The notes: generated by a model from the sequence alone, not told the origin. Shown: positions 13,469 through 27,399, counted from the stretch's first letter. The stretch: 64,000 nucleotides of DNA from Vicugna vicugna (GCA_013265495.1 MU058718.1:2503779-2567778), one strand, 5' to 3'. A program made the numbers and translations.

Positions 13469-14477
13469 CTAACTACATATTTTTAATCCAGTCCATTATA
13501 TAATGCTCTCCCTGTCTTTCCATACAGTTATTTTGATACTGATCATCTTGATTTGCTTATGGAAGCTAAAATCTAAATTGTTTAGGATTTTAATTTGGCT
13601 CTCAGAATCTCCCATTTTCTTATACAAACATAGCAAAGACTTGGAGAACCACTTAAGTAACACAGAACACCCAGTGGATTTGAATTTCAGCTCTGCTATG
13701 GACTGTAACAGTTTGACCTTTATGGGGACCTTTAAAACTTGATATTAATATTGGCTATCTTTCTGGATGATCAGCCACGAAGAGATAACACACAACAGTT
13801 ATTTCAGCTTTTCAGAAAAAAAGTGCTAGTTTGAGACAAAGTAAAGTGGGACTAGTATTAAATATTACCCCCTTTCTTGGGTAAACCAGCCATGCCTGTT
13901 AATTACACAAGATGAACTTTTCAACCAGACCCCTTAAAAAATTGCTTAACTAAAGTAGATTCATTGGCTTTCTTCTTATAATAATAAATTTACCATGGGT
14001 AAAAGAATACTAAAAAGCAATTCTCTTTTATACTGTTTCATTAGTACTTTAAAACTCCTTTGACTTAAAAAAAATTTAAATAACCTGAATATCATGACAT
14101 TAAAAGCAAAATCCAGTCTCCTGCTGTCCCTTAGGAGTGAATTGTTAGGAGCTGCTGTCCTGTTGCCTCTGTTGTCCCCTTGTTGGAACTGGGAACTGCC
14201 CACTTCTCTTTTCTTCTTTCTTCCATTGCTTCTGCAGACTCTACCAGGGCTTAGCATGCCCTTACTCCCATCCTGGCAGATGCTAACGATGTACAGGGAT
14301 CTGAGTGTGGAAAAGGTGGGGCCACACACCCTTTTCCCTCTTCCCTCTTCCTGGATAATTCTCTTCTGTTCCCTCGAATTCCCATCCACTCCCATCCCAT
14401 CTCTTTTCCCTGAAACTTCTATCCTTTTTATCCCCAAGCCATACCAACCCCCCTGTGCTGGCTAAAATCATGAATCC

Positions 14478-15052
14478 TGTTATGGGTTGATTGTGTCCCC
14501 TGCCCAAGTTCATATGTTGAAGTCCTAACTCCCGTACTTCAGAATGTGACCTTATTTGGAAATAGGGTTATCTCAGATGTCATTAATTAAGATAAGGCCA
14601 TACTGGAGTAGGAAGAGGTCCCTCATCCAATATGCCTGGTGTCCTTATAAAAGGAGGAAATTTGCACACAGAGACAGACGTGAACACAGGGAGAAAGTCA
14701 TGTGAAGACATACAGGGAGAAGATGGCCATCTTCAAGCCAAGGAACATCTGAAGCTAAGCTAGGAGAGAAGTCTAGAACAGATCCTTCCTCCATAGCCCT
14801 CCGAAGGAACCAGCCCAGCTGATTTCTGGATTTCAAATATCGAGCTGCTAGAGGGGGTGAATATATCTCAGTGGTAGAGCCCATGCTTAGCATGCATGAG
14901 GTCTTGGGTTCAATCCCCAGTACCTCCATTAAAAAAATTCTTTTTTAAATCTTTAAAATATCTAGCCTCCAGAACTGTAAGAAAATAAATTTCTGCTGTT
15001 TAAGCCATCCAGTTTGGGGTACTGTGTCATGGCAGCCTTAGCAAAACTGATA
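14478..15052 (+). mobile_element. MLT1 (MaLR) solo LTR, interrupted by a SINE
   Basis: Starts 'tgttatgggttgattgtgtcccc...catatgttgaagtcctaac'; ends 'aataaatttctgctgtttaagcc...ggcagcctta'. Confidence 0.9.
14853..14955 (+). mobile_element. tRNA-Ala-derived SINE (camelid vic-1-like)
   Basis: 'tcagtggtagagcccatgcttagcatgcatgaggtcttgggttcaatccccagtacctcca' plus A-tail; imperfect TSD at 14835-14852 and 14956-14973. Confidence 0.9.
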
Positions 15053-16236
15053 TTGGACCCTTCAAATCAATATTCTTGAAAAATTTACTGATACTGATGC
15101 TAGAGAAAGCAGTGTCAGTTCCCCTGAAGTCAGGCCCATTTGGGTTTCTCCTGTAATTCGATAGACCTGAGCATCAGTAGTTTATTTAAGGGGTGTTTTA
15201 TTCTTCATAAAAATCAACACCTCCTGGAGTCAGTCCAGCTGACCAGCTTCTAATCCAGCTCGTCCAGTTCGAGATGTCCTCCCTCAGGGTCCTGCCGACC
15301 CAGGAGCCTACTGACCTTGGCTTAATTTACACATAATCTGCTTTTCCTCTGATTTAGGGATAAATGCTCTTTTAGTGCTTTTTGTAAAATTACGGATCTC
15401 AGCAGTGCCTGGGTATTAGAATAATCTTTGGAGCTGGTTTATAGAGATACTCATGCTTAGGTCCCAGCCCCCGAGTTTTGGGTCAATGAATGTGAATTGA
15501 AGCCAGCCTTTGGTATTTATTAAAAGCCCTCCCTCCCCTTCAGGGGTCATCGCTTATAACTGGAGTTGGCAGCTGCTGGAGAGTCAAATGTGTAGCCCAT
15601 TGTCTTTCTCCACCTGGTCTAAATTAAAGAGAGTAAATTGAGGCATGGAGGAGACAATACTGTCATTGTTGTTTTATCTCAGACGACATTCTTTTTGTTA
15701 TTAAGACAAAAAGGAAATGCAATCCTTAACAAACCTCGCAAGGCCTATATGTTTCCAAAAGAGAGGAGAGAAACAGTGAGACTATAGTTGCCCAGAAAGT
15801 TGAAAAAACCAACATCAAAGTTAAGAAACAGATGTTGGCAGTGGAAAGGGAAGCAGGATGGTAGGTCAATGAGAAACGTCAGAGGCAGCAAAGGCATCAG
15901 CTGGGACCAAGACATGTCACCAGACAGTAATCTCAAACCCTGGTTGGATTCCTAACTTTTAACTCTCCCTCTGGGAGGAACACTGATGGTTGATTTGTGG
16001 GGATGGTCCTGGTGGCTGCATTTTTTATTTGTCTCCCATCCCTCTCTCTCTCCATCCCCTCACCCTCTCAGGATTCAGTATGGTCAAGAAAAATCAACCC
16101 CAGATACTGTGTGGTACATGTGTGGGTTGGGTGAGTTTGGGTGGGGAGAGGCATGATACACAACAGGATGCAGTGGTGATAAGGCAGTTCTGACAGCATT
16201 CTGAGGTTAAAATGATTATTTTAATTTTTATTTCTT

Positions 16237-16420
16237 TCTAAAGTTTTCAAAATATTTTAGTGGGATGTATTTCATTTATTTATTATTTATTTTGATTTTT
16301 TTTTTTTGCATGGGGAGGTAATTAGGTTTACTTTTAGAGGAGGTACTGGGTATTGAACCCAGGACCTCATGCATGTGCATGCTAAGCGTGCATTCTACCA
16401 CTTGAGCTATATCCATCCCC
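16237..16420 (-). mobile_element. tRNA-Ala-derived SINE (vic-1-like) with extended 3' tail
   Basis: Reverse tRNA-Ala head with 'cctaattacctcccc' body; 17-bp direct repeat 'tttaatttttatttctt' at 16220-16236 and 16421-16437. Confidence 0.9.
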
Positions 16421-16437
16421 TTTAATTTTTATTTCTT

Positions 16438-17813
16438 AACTTAAACTTCTTATTTTGAGATGATTGTAGGTTGACCTACAGTTGTAAGAAATAAACCAGA
16501 GTGATCCTTTATACCCTGTACCCAGTTTCCCCCAGTGGTAACATCTTGCTAAACCATAGTATGGTATCACAGCCAGGATGTTGACAATTGGTAGAGTCAA
16601 AATACATAACAGTTCCATTACTGCAAGGATGGCTCCATGTGCCCTTTTATAAGCATGCCCACTTTCCTCCCATACCCTCCCCTTCCTCAGTCCCTGAAAA
16701 CCACTAATCTGTTCTTCATTGCTTAATTTTGTCATTTCAAGAATGTAATAGACATGGAATCATACATTTACGTATGTATGAAAAAAGCCTTTTGATTACT
16801 AGCGTGCTTCATTTTTAAGAAAACCGCCAAACTGTTTTCCAGAATAGTACAATTTTGCCTTCCTACCAGTAACGCACAAATGATGTCATTTCTCTGCATT
16901 CTCTCTAGCATTTAGTGTTGTCACTATTTTTAACTTTAGCCATTTTGATAGGTGTTTAGTGATAGCCCATTGTGGGTTTAATTTGCATTTCCTTCATGTC
17001 TAATGATGTATAACATCTTTTCCATCTGTCTATCTTCTTTGGTGAAATCTCTTTTGCCCATGGATTATTTGCTTTTTTTCTGTTGAGTTTTGAGAATTCT
17101 TTATATAGTCTTTGTTTGCAAATATTTTTCCCCACTATGTGGCTTGTCTTTTAATTCTTACCAGAGCTTTCATAGAATAAAGGTTTTAATTTTGATGAAG
17201 TTCAGTTTATCAGTTTTTTCCTTTTACAGATTTGCTTCTGCTGTCAAATTAAGAAATCTTTGCCTACCCTTAGATTGCAAAGATTTTCTCCTATTTTTTT
17301 CCCTAAAAGTTTTATGGAAGTCCATGACCCATTTTGTGTTCATCTTTGTGTAAGGTGCGAAGTTAGGTCATGGTCCCCTTTTGGCCTGTAAGTGTGCGAT
17401 TGCTTCAAGCGCTATTTGTTGAAAAGGTTATCTTTTCTCCATTGAACTGCTTCTTCATCTTTGTCAAAAATCATTTGGCCATTCTTTGTGGGTCTGTTTC
17501 TGGGTTTTCTACTCTTTTCTATTGATCTATGCATCTCTCCTTCCACTAATACCACACAGTCTTGATTACTGAAGCTATACCACAAGTTTTGAAATTAGAG
17601 TGATTCTGTTCACTTTCTTCTTCTTTTTCTTTCTTTTTTTAAATCTTTCATGAAATTTCATAGCACATGCTTTTACATAGCAATAAAATACTAACAGATT
17701 CATTTCATTCCAATTCAATATAGTTTTTTTTTAAGCTGGTATTTTAAAAAAATTTTTTTAATTTAAGTGTAGTTGGTTTACAATGTTAGTTTCAGGTTAC
17801 AGCAAAGTAATTC

Positions 17814-17849
<36 letters not shown>

Positions 17850-18870
17850 TTTTTCTTTTCAGTTTCTTCTTTTTTAAAATTGTTTTAGTTATCCTAGTGA
17901 TTTCCTTTCCATATACATTTTAAATTAATCTTGCCTATATCTGCAAAAAAGATCTCATTGAGATTTTGATAGAAATTGTATTAAACTTCAATATCAATTT
18001 GGTAGAATTGATATCTTTACTATTGTGACTCTTCCAGTCCATGAACACAATATGTGTCTTTATTTGTTTAGATTTCTTTGACTTCTTTCATCAGCATTAT
18101 GTAGTTTTCAGCATACAACTCTTACATATATTTTGTTAGATTTACACCTGAGTATTTACTTTCTTTTTTTTTTTTTGAGTGATTATACCTGTTGGTGTCT
18201 ATGTGTTAATTGCTAGTGTGTAGAAATACAATTGACTTTTGTATGTTTGCCTTGTATCCTACAACTTTGTTGAACTCACTTATTAGTTCTAGGAGGGCTT
18301 TTTTTTTGGTAGGTTCCTTGAGATACTGTGCATGTGTCATTTGCAAATAGGAACAGTTTTATTTCTCCTTTGTTCTGTAAGCATCTTGTTTCCTTTTTTT
18401 AATCTTAGTGCACCAAGTAGAAATTCCAGCATTGGATTGAATAAGAGTGATGACAGTGAGGGTCTTTGCCAAGTTCCTGATTTTAGGGGGAAAGCATTCA
18501 GTCTTTCACTATTAAGCATGATGTTAGCTGTAGAGTTTTTATAGATGTTCTTTATCAAGTTGAGGAAATTCTATACTCCTATTTTTTTCTAAGTTTTTTC
18601 TTAATATCATGAGTGAGCAAATTATTTTTTAGTTTGTCAAATAATTTTTCTGCATCAACTGATATCATCATATGATTTTTTTCTTCTTCTTTGAACTTGT
18701 AAAAAACATAAACTTCTTTAAACTTGTAAGGTTAATTGATCGCTTTTCATACATTGAGCAAGTTTGCATCCCTGGAAGAAACTCCATTTGGTCATGGTGT
18801 AAATTATTTTTATAGATTGCTAAATTCTATTTGCTAATATTTTAGGGGCTTTTGCATCTATAATCATGAG
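16438..18870 (-). mobile_element. Old L1M element (ORF2 RT region to 3' UTR), degraded, with a nested younger L1 tail
   Basis: ORF 18337-18558 (IYKNSTANIMLNSERLNAFPLKSGTWQRPSLSSLLFN) matches L1 reverse transcriptase; L1 3' UTR motifs at 16440-16780. Confidence 0.9.
17817..17849. repeat. (TA)n(CA)n microsatellite within an L1 tail
   Basis: Directly visible. Confidence 0.95.
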
Positions 18871-20174
18871 GGGTAATGGTCTCCATCTCTACCTTGGGGG
18901 CGCCTTTCTTCCCTGGATCACAAGTGGGCCACGAGGAGCATCAGTGGTTGGTAGCTATGGTTGTGATGCTTTTGTATCTTTCTCTCTTCATCCCGTTCCT
19001 CCATTAGGATCCATTTTTGGTCAGAAGGGATAAACCACAGACACCATGAGGTGTGCATAGTGGAGGGTTTGTTGGGTGAGTGGGGAGGGAGGGAAGCTGT
19101 GTGATGTAGATCACAATTAGGTGGAAATTGAGCAATTCCTTCCAAATCTGAAATTAAAATTATGCTTCAAATAGAACATCCTCCCCACCCAACCACCGCA
19201 CGCGCATGTGCACATGCACACACACATACACACACACCACTAAGGTTTTAATAGGAAATAGAGAAATTGAAAAAGGCACTTGGAGCACAGAGTATGTTTT
19301 CTACTTTTTTCTCTTTCTTAAACTTCGATGAAAATAACCCATGAATCTAGGATTCTGAGAACTCCTCAATTTAGACTGGCCAGAAGGAAAACAAAGTTAG
19401 CCCTGTTCTACTGTCTTGGGAATAAAGCTCTTATGACTCTCTGACTTCAGCAGAAGCTTTCAGAAAATATAAGCCTTAAAGTAATTAATTCATTGTTTTT
19501 ATGGATGTGTTGACCCTTTGGATGTACTATTTTCTGTGTTTGTTCTGGTAATCTGACTGATAAGACAAATGTCCTCTTACCATTCATTTTTTGTGTCCTA
19601 CCCAATGTTGTACACATGTTGGGAACAATTAGAATGTGAATGCTCCCTACCCATTGCTTTTATAATTAGGTGTGAACATTACTTCACAATTTAAAAATTC
19701 TATGCAAGATGGCCTCAGTTAGAATAACTTTAATAATACAATAGTGTTTCTTCTAGGTCTTCTCTATTATGTATTGCCAAGGCACAAAATAAACAAGGAA
19801 TGGGATTTATTTTCTGGGAGAGCCAATTCAAATCCCAAAATCCTGGGGTATAAACTGAGACTGACAGCATGCTCAAGTTCATTGCTTTCATAGCTAAATT
19901 GAAAACACAAGTATCACTTTTGTCCTATAGAGATTCATTTTGATAATCTCCTAAATTAGCCTCTAAAACACATTAAGTGATGAATAAAACTTTACTTAAA
20001 TTCTCATTTTGTATTATGCCTGATTAATAAGCACACCAGCCAACACATCAACCTAGCCAAACTCTAAACATGAGTGAAGACAGTTACGTAGATTTGGGAC
20101 ATAAAGGCGCAGTCCCCCAGCAGGGCTAATTTTCTGTTAGCTTTGCCAGGGCTATTTCGCTTTTATCTCTTCTT

Positions 20175-20337
20175 CCTATATGGGGCATACATGAACTGTC
20201 ATGTATTTTGTGGGGACTGTCTTTAAGATAAAATATAGAAAATATGCAATTAGGTACATAGCCTTAAAAGGTGCTTGTGCAAGCAAGGAGCCCTGAAGAT
20301 TAAGCTTTTGGGGGGTCACACTGAATCTAGACCTCTG
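20175..20337 (-). mobile_element. MER53-like hAT MITE
   Basis: 'aattaggtacatagcc...cttgtgcaagcaaggagccctgaagattaagctt' resembles reversed MER53. Confidence 0.65.
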
Positions 20338-20894
20338 GTACATGGGAATGAATCATTATACCAGGTGGTATCTTAGAAATGTCCTGACATGAGCTATTTT
20401 TCTGCCACATAGTCATTAAATCTTTCTTACATCATCTGTAAGTATCTCAGACTCTTTTTTCCCCCCTTGCTCAACTACTGTTGGTTTGATTAGGCTAGTG
20501 TTTTAAAATCAACCAGGAATGCATCAAGTGCTTTCATATTCTGACCATTTTGCTGAAAGGTATCTTGAACCAAATACCAAATAGACTCTTTCCTATTGTC
20601 TGTGGTCGTCCTCATCTATAATCTTGGGTGGCTCATTCACAGTCACAGCTGGTCTGCTGCAGAGCTGGGAACAGGGTTATTATCTTCTGACCTTGGAGTG
20701 GCTCAACATTTTTTCCTGGAGTTGTGCTGTGAACTAGGAAAACAAACAAAAAAAGGGAGCAACTAAAAAAATGTCCCCAAGGAGACGTGCATTATTATTT
20801 TTGTTTATGTCTGAGCCTAGTAACAATTCCTAATTGCTCTGAAGGCAGACTGGGCTCTGCATCTTTGAGTAGATTGCTTGATTTCGCTAAGCTC

Positions 20895-21240
20895 AGGACT
20901 ACTTTGTGTGGGTGGCCAAGGGAAGCCTTTCTGAAGATGTGACATTTAAGTTGAGTTTCAATGATAAAAAAGAAACCAGTGAGAACAGCATCAGTGGAGA
21001 GAACATCCTAGAAGAGGGAAGGATGAAAGAAAGGATGGAGGAGGGGGCAAGCTTGTGCTGGAGGCCAGTACGGTTGGGGAGGGGAGGCAACTGCAGGGCA
21101 GTCAGAAATGCAGGCAGGGCCAGATCACATAGGAGCAGGGGTCCTATGGGGGCCAGATCCTATAGTGCACTGGATTTCGAGGCTGAAGAAGAGCCACTGG
21201 GCATTGTGATAAGATCTGATTACAGGTCACCACCCTGATA
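20895..21240. mobile_element. L2 fragment
   Basis: 'ggtggccaagggaagcctttctgaagatgtgacatttaagttgag...ggccagatcacatagg'. Confidence 0.7.
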
Positions 21241-22020
21241 TTGACTTATTTGTGATCAAAGCTGGTTCACAATCATTGAGTCAGGGCACTAGCCTGGACC
21301 AAAGACATGGGCACGTACCTGAACATCTTATCTACCACTCTGCATCACTGCTGCCTCCCACTTGTTTGACCTGGAACTGCGACCAACAGAGGGAAGACAT
21401 TGGTTCTTGATTTTTTTTTAAAAAAAAAAACCTCCTACCTGCTCTGTTCCACTGTCCCACGTCTTCATTAAAGAGAAGCTCCAAGTGGGCTTATTGTGGT
21501 GACAAAATATATTCTGAGAGTTGGTAGCAGTGTCTCTGTAATAAGCAGCTCATTCTGAATTGTTCATGGCCAGAGTTGTGCCTTAATCACCTTGACGTCC
21601 CTGACACCCAAGCCAGTGCCTTCACCAGCAGGGCACTCTCCATGAGGATTTGTTCTTTGTTGGCTGAACTAACAGAGGAATGTATTTTAGAGTGGGGTAG
21701 TGCCTCATTTACAGATATTTATTAGGTACTCAATGTGTGCCAGGCACTATTCTAAATGCTGTGATGGAGCACTGAACAAAGTAGACCCACATCTCTGCCC
21801 ATGAAGCATATCTCCTAGTGGTACATGAGCATGTCATGAATATTACACATTCCTGGGTCTCCTGGGTTGCAGTGGTGGTGATGGTGGTAGTGGGGTGTGT
21901 GTGTGTGTGTGCGCGTGCCTACCTGCATTTTCTGGGGAGCAGTAGGGGAAGGGAAAATAGTGGAGATTAATGTATAAAAATTTATGACTTTCAGAGACGA
22001 TAATAATAGTCAATTGAAAG

Positions 22021-22561
22021 TGTTCGCAAACCAGGTTCATTTTGCAAGATATGTAACCAGCCAAAATGCTGAGACTCCAAGGTTTGGTGCAAAGAGAATG
22101 TTTATTCACAAGGCAGTCAAGTGAGGAGACCAGAAAACAAGTCTCAGATTTGCCTCCCCAGTGGCAAGGGGCTCAAAGTATTTGCGGAACAAAGAAGCAG
22201 GATGGCCCGAGACATGGGGAAAGGTGATCAGAAAAAGGTGCGGTAGTCCATCCTTCTGCACAGGTGTAATTAACTACAGGCCTCTGCACGTTCCAACTTG
22301 GAGGCACGTAGCATGATCTGAGGGTGGAGTTTTCAGCCCTCTGACGTCAAAAGGTCACCGAGCGGACAATCACGCATACCCAACCGGAGGGTCAGTGGTC
22401 CCACCTAGTCTTAACCAGCTCAGCTCCAAATAGACACAGCTAACTCCAGGTTCCTGGAAGACAGCTCCCATAAAAACTTATTGTTTAGGCTACATGCTGA
22501 TTGGAAGACATGAAAGTCTTTTGTAGCAACAAATAAAAAGACTTTAGTGAAGGGGATTACA
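22021..22561 (-). mobile_element. ERV1-class solo LTR
   Basis: TGT...ACA termini; reversed AATAAA ('tttatt', ~22101); similar to MER34/MER39-type LTRs. Confidence 0.65.
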
Positions 22562-24614
22562 AGTGAATGAACTTAACTAATGATTATCCATGATTTCAAA
22601 AGCAGCAGAGCATGCTCTATGTAGTGTCAACCCTGTATGCTCTGACTATAGGACAGAAGCCCTAGAAGTGGATGTACGGCCCAGTCAGCATTCCGGTGGC
22701 CCCAAGGACAGTGTCTTTAGTGTCAAGTCAGGATCTGACCTGAAAAGAACCCGAATTCCCTTGTATCAGCCACAGCTCTCAGTCACCAACCAAGAGCCTT
22801 CTCTAGCTAGGTAGAGCAAGAAGAGTATTTACTAAAGGATATCTGGTAGATCACAGAACACTAGGAGAGCCAAAGAAACAATCTTGGAGGCTACATGCCA
22901 AGAACTATGTCCAAATTGTCTGCAAGAGTGCTCTTACGGGGTCTGCAGTTCACGTTGTTGATACAAGACTCGGGATGATTACCAGGATCTCTGTCTGCCT
23001 CCTTCTGGAAGTTTTGTCTCTCTGCTATGTTTGCCAGAATTGAGTTTTTAAAACATTTTTTAAAATAAGGAATAACACACCTGCAAAAAATGCACACAAC
23101 ATAAAAGAATTATTGCAGAGCAAGCTGCCATATAACCACCACTCTGGTCAAGAAATAGAATTTTACCCTAGATTTCTCTCCCTCTCCCAGTCCCCACCTC
23201 TCCTCAAAGGCAGAATGGTTCTTCCTGTAGTTCTCTGCCACATGAAAAATCTTGCAGCCCATTGGAGGAAACTGGGTTACATTCACATAGGTTAGCCTCA
23301 GGAAGGTCTGGGAAGGTGAGTGTCTGGCATTAGAGTAGAAAGACCAGGCTTTAAAACATGGAAGTTTCCCCCAACCTAGGAAGTGTTGACACGGGTTTTG
23401 AACAGCTTCCCATCATGACTTATGGTTGCCATGTTCTCCAGTGGGTACATAAACATCTCAGCCTTGTTAAGTGGAACTGGAGGAAATTTCCATTTTTGTA
23501 GGTCAAGCGGTTGAGTATCAGCAGGTCCTTGTGGTTCAAACTAAGAGAAAGGACGGTGTCAGTCCAAGGGCAGGAAGTGGAAAGTCATCCGAAGGAGATA
23601 AAACCAGAAGTGCCAGGAAAGCTGAGAAATGCTTTAAGCCAGCTTCAGTTCATGATGTGAGACTCTGAACCTGTAATTTACCTCACTTCCCACACTGCTG
23701 TAGTTAGTTTGTTGGCCTGAGACACATGGCTCCATGTGTGTACACACATGCATTGTGTAGTAGTGAGCATGTCTGAAGGTGGGGCGCTGTGAGAGATTTA
23801 AGAGGACCAGCTGTGAAACCTCAAGACCAGGAATTTAACACCTTGGTAGGTGTCAGTGGAGAAATGCCAAAACAAGCTGGAGCTGCAGCCTTGTTTGCGG
23901 CCAGCCCTAAAGGCAGAAGGGCGGGTAGTATTCCTTGTTCTAACAGTTTTAAGTGGCCATGGTGAAAATACACATCCTTAATTCAAGGAAATCATCAGAT
24001 AGCACAAAGATAGGCTATAATTAGATTCAGCTCAACATTGCTTAATAAGGGAAAAGTAGAAATGATCTAAATATCCACTTACAGGAAATTTATTAAATAA
24101 AATATTTCTCCATGCAATGGAATGCTAAGTAGTATCTAAAAAGGGTATTGCAGAAGAACTTGGTAAGGAAAGTAGGTCAGGAAGCAGTATATGGCCTACA
24201 GGTTCAAAGCATAGAGTGCAAAACCCAAACGTTTTGTTTGAATCCTGGCTTTGCCGCTTACTAGTTGAGTAAGACTCGGCAAGTTCCTCATCTGAGAAAT
24301 TCAAAGAGATATGATATGTAAAGCATGTGGAAATGTTTCTGGAACATGTATGTGTTAACTTTATTATGATCCTATTCTTAAGGAAGTTGATGAGGCTTAA
24401 AACCATAGTGTACCCTAAAAAAAACTGTGTATTCGTTTTTGCTCCCCTTCAAAATCCCACTGAGATGACAGTAAAGGAATTTTAAAAGAGTAGAGGTCCA
24501 TAAGGACCAAAGGAAAATGGATATGTAGTACGTACAGATGCCAAATGGATGAATGTTAAAATCCATATTTGTCCAAAGCCAAGGCCAACACCAACTATTA
24601 TAATCATTTGTTGA

Positions 24615-24750
24615 ATTTCTTTTTAATTCTTTCCTTCCCTCCTTCTTCTTTCTTTTCTTCCTTTCTTTTTTTTTTCCTTTCTTTTCCTTCCTTCCTCCGT
24701 CTCTCCCTCCCTCCCTTCCTTCCTTCCTCTTTCTTTCTTTCTTCTTTCTT
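24615..24750. repeat. Polypyrimidine (CTTT/CCTT) low-complexity tract
   Basis: Directly visible. Confidence 0.95.
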
Positions 24751-26567
24751 GGGGAAGCAATCATTTAATGGTTTATCACCAGAAAAAAAAATGTGTCCTT
24801 AAATTCTCATCTGGAAATGTGGCAACAGATCAATGTAATTACCTCTGAAAGTTTAAAAAAAAACAAAAACAAAAAATTTTTTAACTTTCATCTGTATCTC
24901 AGCACTCATTGCATGTCCTCTAATTTCAGTCTCTATCCTGGATTTGAAATAGAGAAGGCTCTTTACAACAGGCGTCATACAAAAGACACTGAACCTTCCA
25001 AGGCATAGCAGTTTGATGTCCTCTTCAGCATTCTCCAGGAAGTTGATGACTTTCTCTGCAAACAACTAGTGAATTTTGGCCCTGCTAGGCTAGCAAAAAG
25101 AAAAAAAAGTTCTTCAGTTATATTCTGCTCTGTGACATTTTACAGTGTGCGAATTCTGCATTTTGTATCAGACATTCAGACGTGTCCTGCAGGACCGCTT
25201 GGTGGGTGAATGCTGATTACTGTTGAACTCTGCTTCTACTTTGCTTGACTGCCGAGAGAGTTCTGGGTCTCACATAGCTTAAACCAGAGTGAATCTAAGA
25301 AGAAATATTTATATAATGGAAAATTAGTGAATTAAAGTGTCAGGTAATTGTCACTGACAATGCGATAACCATGATGGAAGCTAGGGATGATTTAGGAAGC
25401 ACAGGCATATGATGTTCGGTTCGTAGCCTTCAAAAAGTAATTACAGCGCAGTGTAAAGCAACAGACGTCTCAGCCGTGAGCAGGACGAGAGCAGGCTGCT
25501 CCCGTCAGTCTTCTCCCTCTAATCTACCTGAATACAATGCAATTAGGAACCCCCTTTGCTATGTACTCATTCATCTTGCTGATTTACGATAGAAAGAAAC
25601 TCTTCACTTTTAAAGGAGCTATTTAAACAAATGCAAGTCTTCACACTACCTTTGTATATAACATTTCCAGCCCAGCAGAACCAAAATTCACCAAACTGAT
25701 ACACCTAGTTTTTCTAGAAGGAAATTTGTGCCTAGAATTCATAGCTTAAGCAAGTTGAAAAAAATCTTTTGTGTTCAACTATTGAAAATGTTGTCAGTAC
25801 ACAGCAATCATTTTGACAAGTTTCCATTTACATTTTTGGCCTCTATAAACTCAAAATTATAAAGCATTGTCTTCTTAAGGCAGTCTTGAAAATACTACTA
25901 TTTTGAAGTTTGATTATTAGAAACATGTTTGATTAATTCAAGCATTTCTCTTCTTCTTCACACGCTTTTTACTCTCTATGACAGTTTAAAACTGACCCAT
26001 TCCAAATGCTGTACTTTATAATTTGTAGATTTCTCTTTCTTTTAAAAATTTTACATCACAAAAGTTGATATTATGGGTCTTACTCATTTTTACAAGATGT
26101 GAGAGATTCGTAAATAGAACATTTTCTTGAAAGACTCATGACCTAAATGGAATTAAGTAGCTAAAAAGGAAATATAATTCCTGTAAGTTATTTTGTCTGT
26201 TACAAATATCTGTGTACCAAACAATTCTACAAAGATTAGAGTTATAAGGAAATTTCTATTATTCTGCCTTGCATTATCATCTAGATTCTCATCAATACTT
26301 GTTGTTTTAAAAGGATATCTTTTACTTCATAAAATTCTCCAGCTAATATTGGAGGAGCTAATGGAGAGGGCGTTACTGTCAGCTGACCTGAGAACTGGAC
26401 CTCAGGTCGGAGGCTCCTCGCCCCCTCCCCTGTGCCTGGGATGCAGGCGCTCCCCACTGTTCTCACAGTGAGAGCCGCTGTCAAGATCGTATCCTTGAGA
26501 GAGCAATGTGTTGCTGAGGCTCCCAGACAATAATGTGACTGAGGCCAGTTAAGGCCTCTATATTAGC

Positions 26568-27370
26568 TTTTTTAAATTGAAGTGTAGTTTATTTACAATA
26601 CTATATTAGCTTCAGGTGTACAGCTTGTTAATTCAGTATTTTCATAGATTATAGTTCCTTAAAAGTTATTGCAAGACAATGGCTATGATTCTCTGTGCTG
26701 TACAATGTGTCTTTGTTGCTTATCTGTTTTATACACAGTAGTTTGTATCTCTAAATCCCCTACTCCTATCTTGCCCTTCCCCCTCCTCCCTCATCCCACT
26801 GGTAACTGTTGGTTTGTTTTCAGTGTCTGTGAGTCTGTTTCTGTTTTCTATATATATTTGTTTATTTTTTTAGATTCCATATATAAGTAATGTCATACAA
26901 TATTTGTCTTTCTCTGGCTTATTTCACTGAGCATAGTATTCTCTTCATTCAAGTTGCTGCAGATGGTAAAATTTCATTCTTTTTATGACTGAGTAATATT
27001 GCATTGTATATATACACCACATCTTCTTTATCTATTCTTCTGTTGATGGGCAGTTGGGTTGCTTCCATACCTTAGCTATTGTAAATAATGCTGCTGTGAA
27101 CATTGGGATGCATGTATCTTTACAAATTAATGTTTTCATTTTCTTCAGATATATACCCAGGAATGAAATTGCTGGATCATATGATAATTCTATTCTTAGT
27201 TTTTTGAGGAACCTCCATACTATTTTCCATAGCAAATTTACATTCCCACCTACAGTGTGCAAGGGCTCCCTTTCCTCCATATCCTCGCCATAATTTCTTT
27301 GTAGACTTTTTGATGATGGCCATTCTGACAGGTGTGAAGCGATATCTCATGGTTATTTAATTTGCATTTG
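26568..27370 (-). mobile_element. L1, 5'-truncated (ORF2 C-terminus plus 3' UTR)
   Basis: ORF 27032-27280 [11 protein letters not shown]...ELSYDPAISFLGIY...[23 protein letters not shown]. Confidence 0.95.
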
Positions 27371-27399
27371 TCTCTTTGCCCTCCATGTACAGGGGTTGA

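Noticed and set aside
24378..24802. Lys/Arg/Glu-rich and Phe/Ser/Leu-rich ORFs
   Set aside because: Translation of a purine/pyrimidine low-complexity tract.
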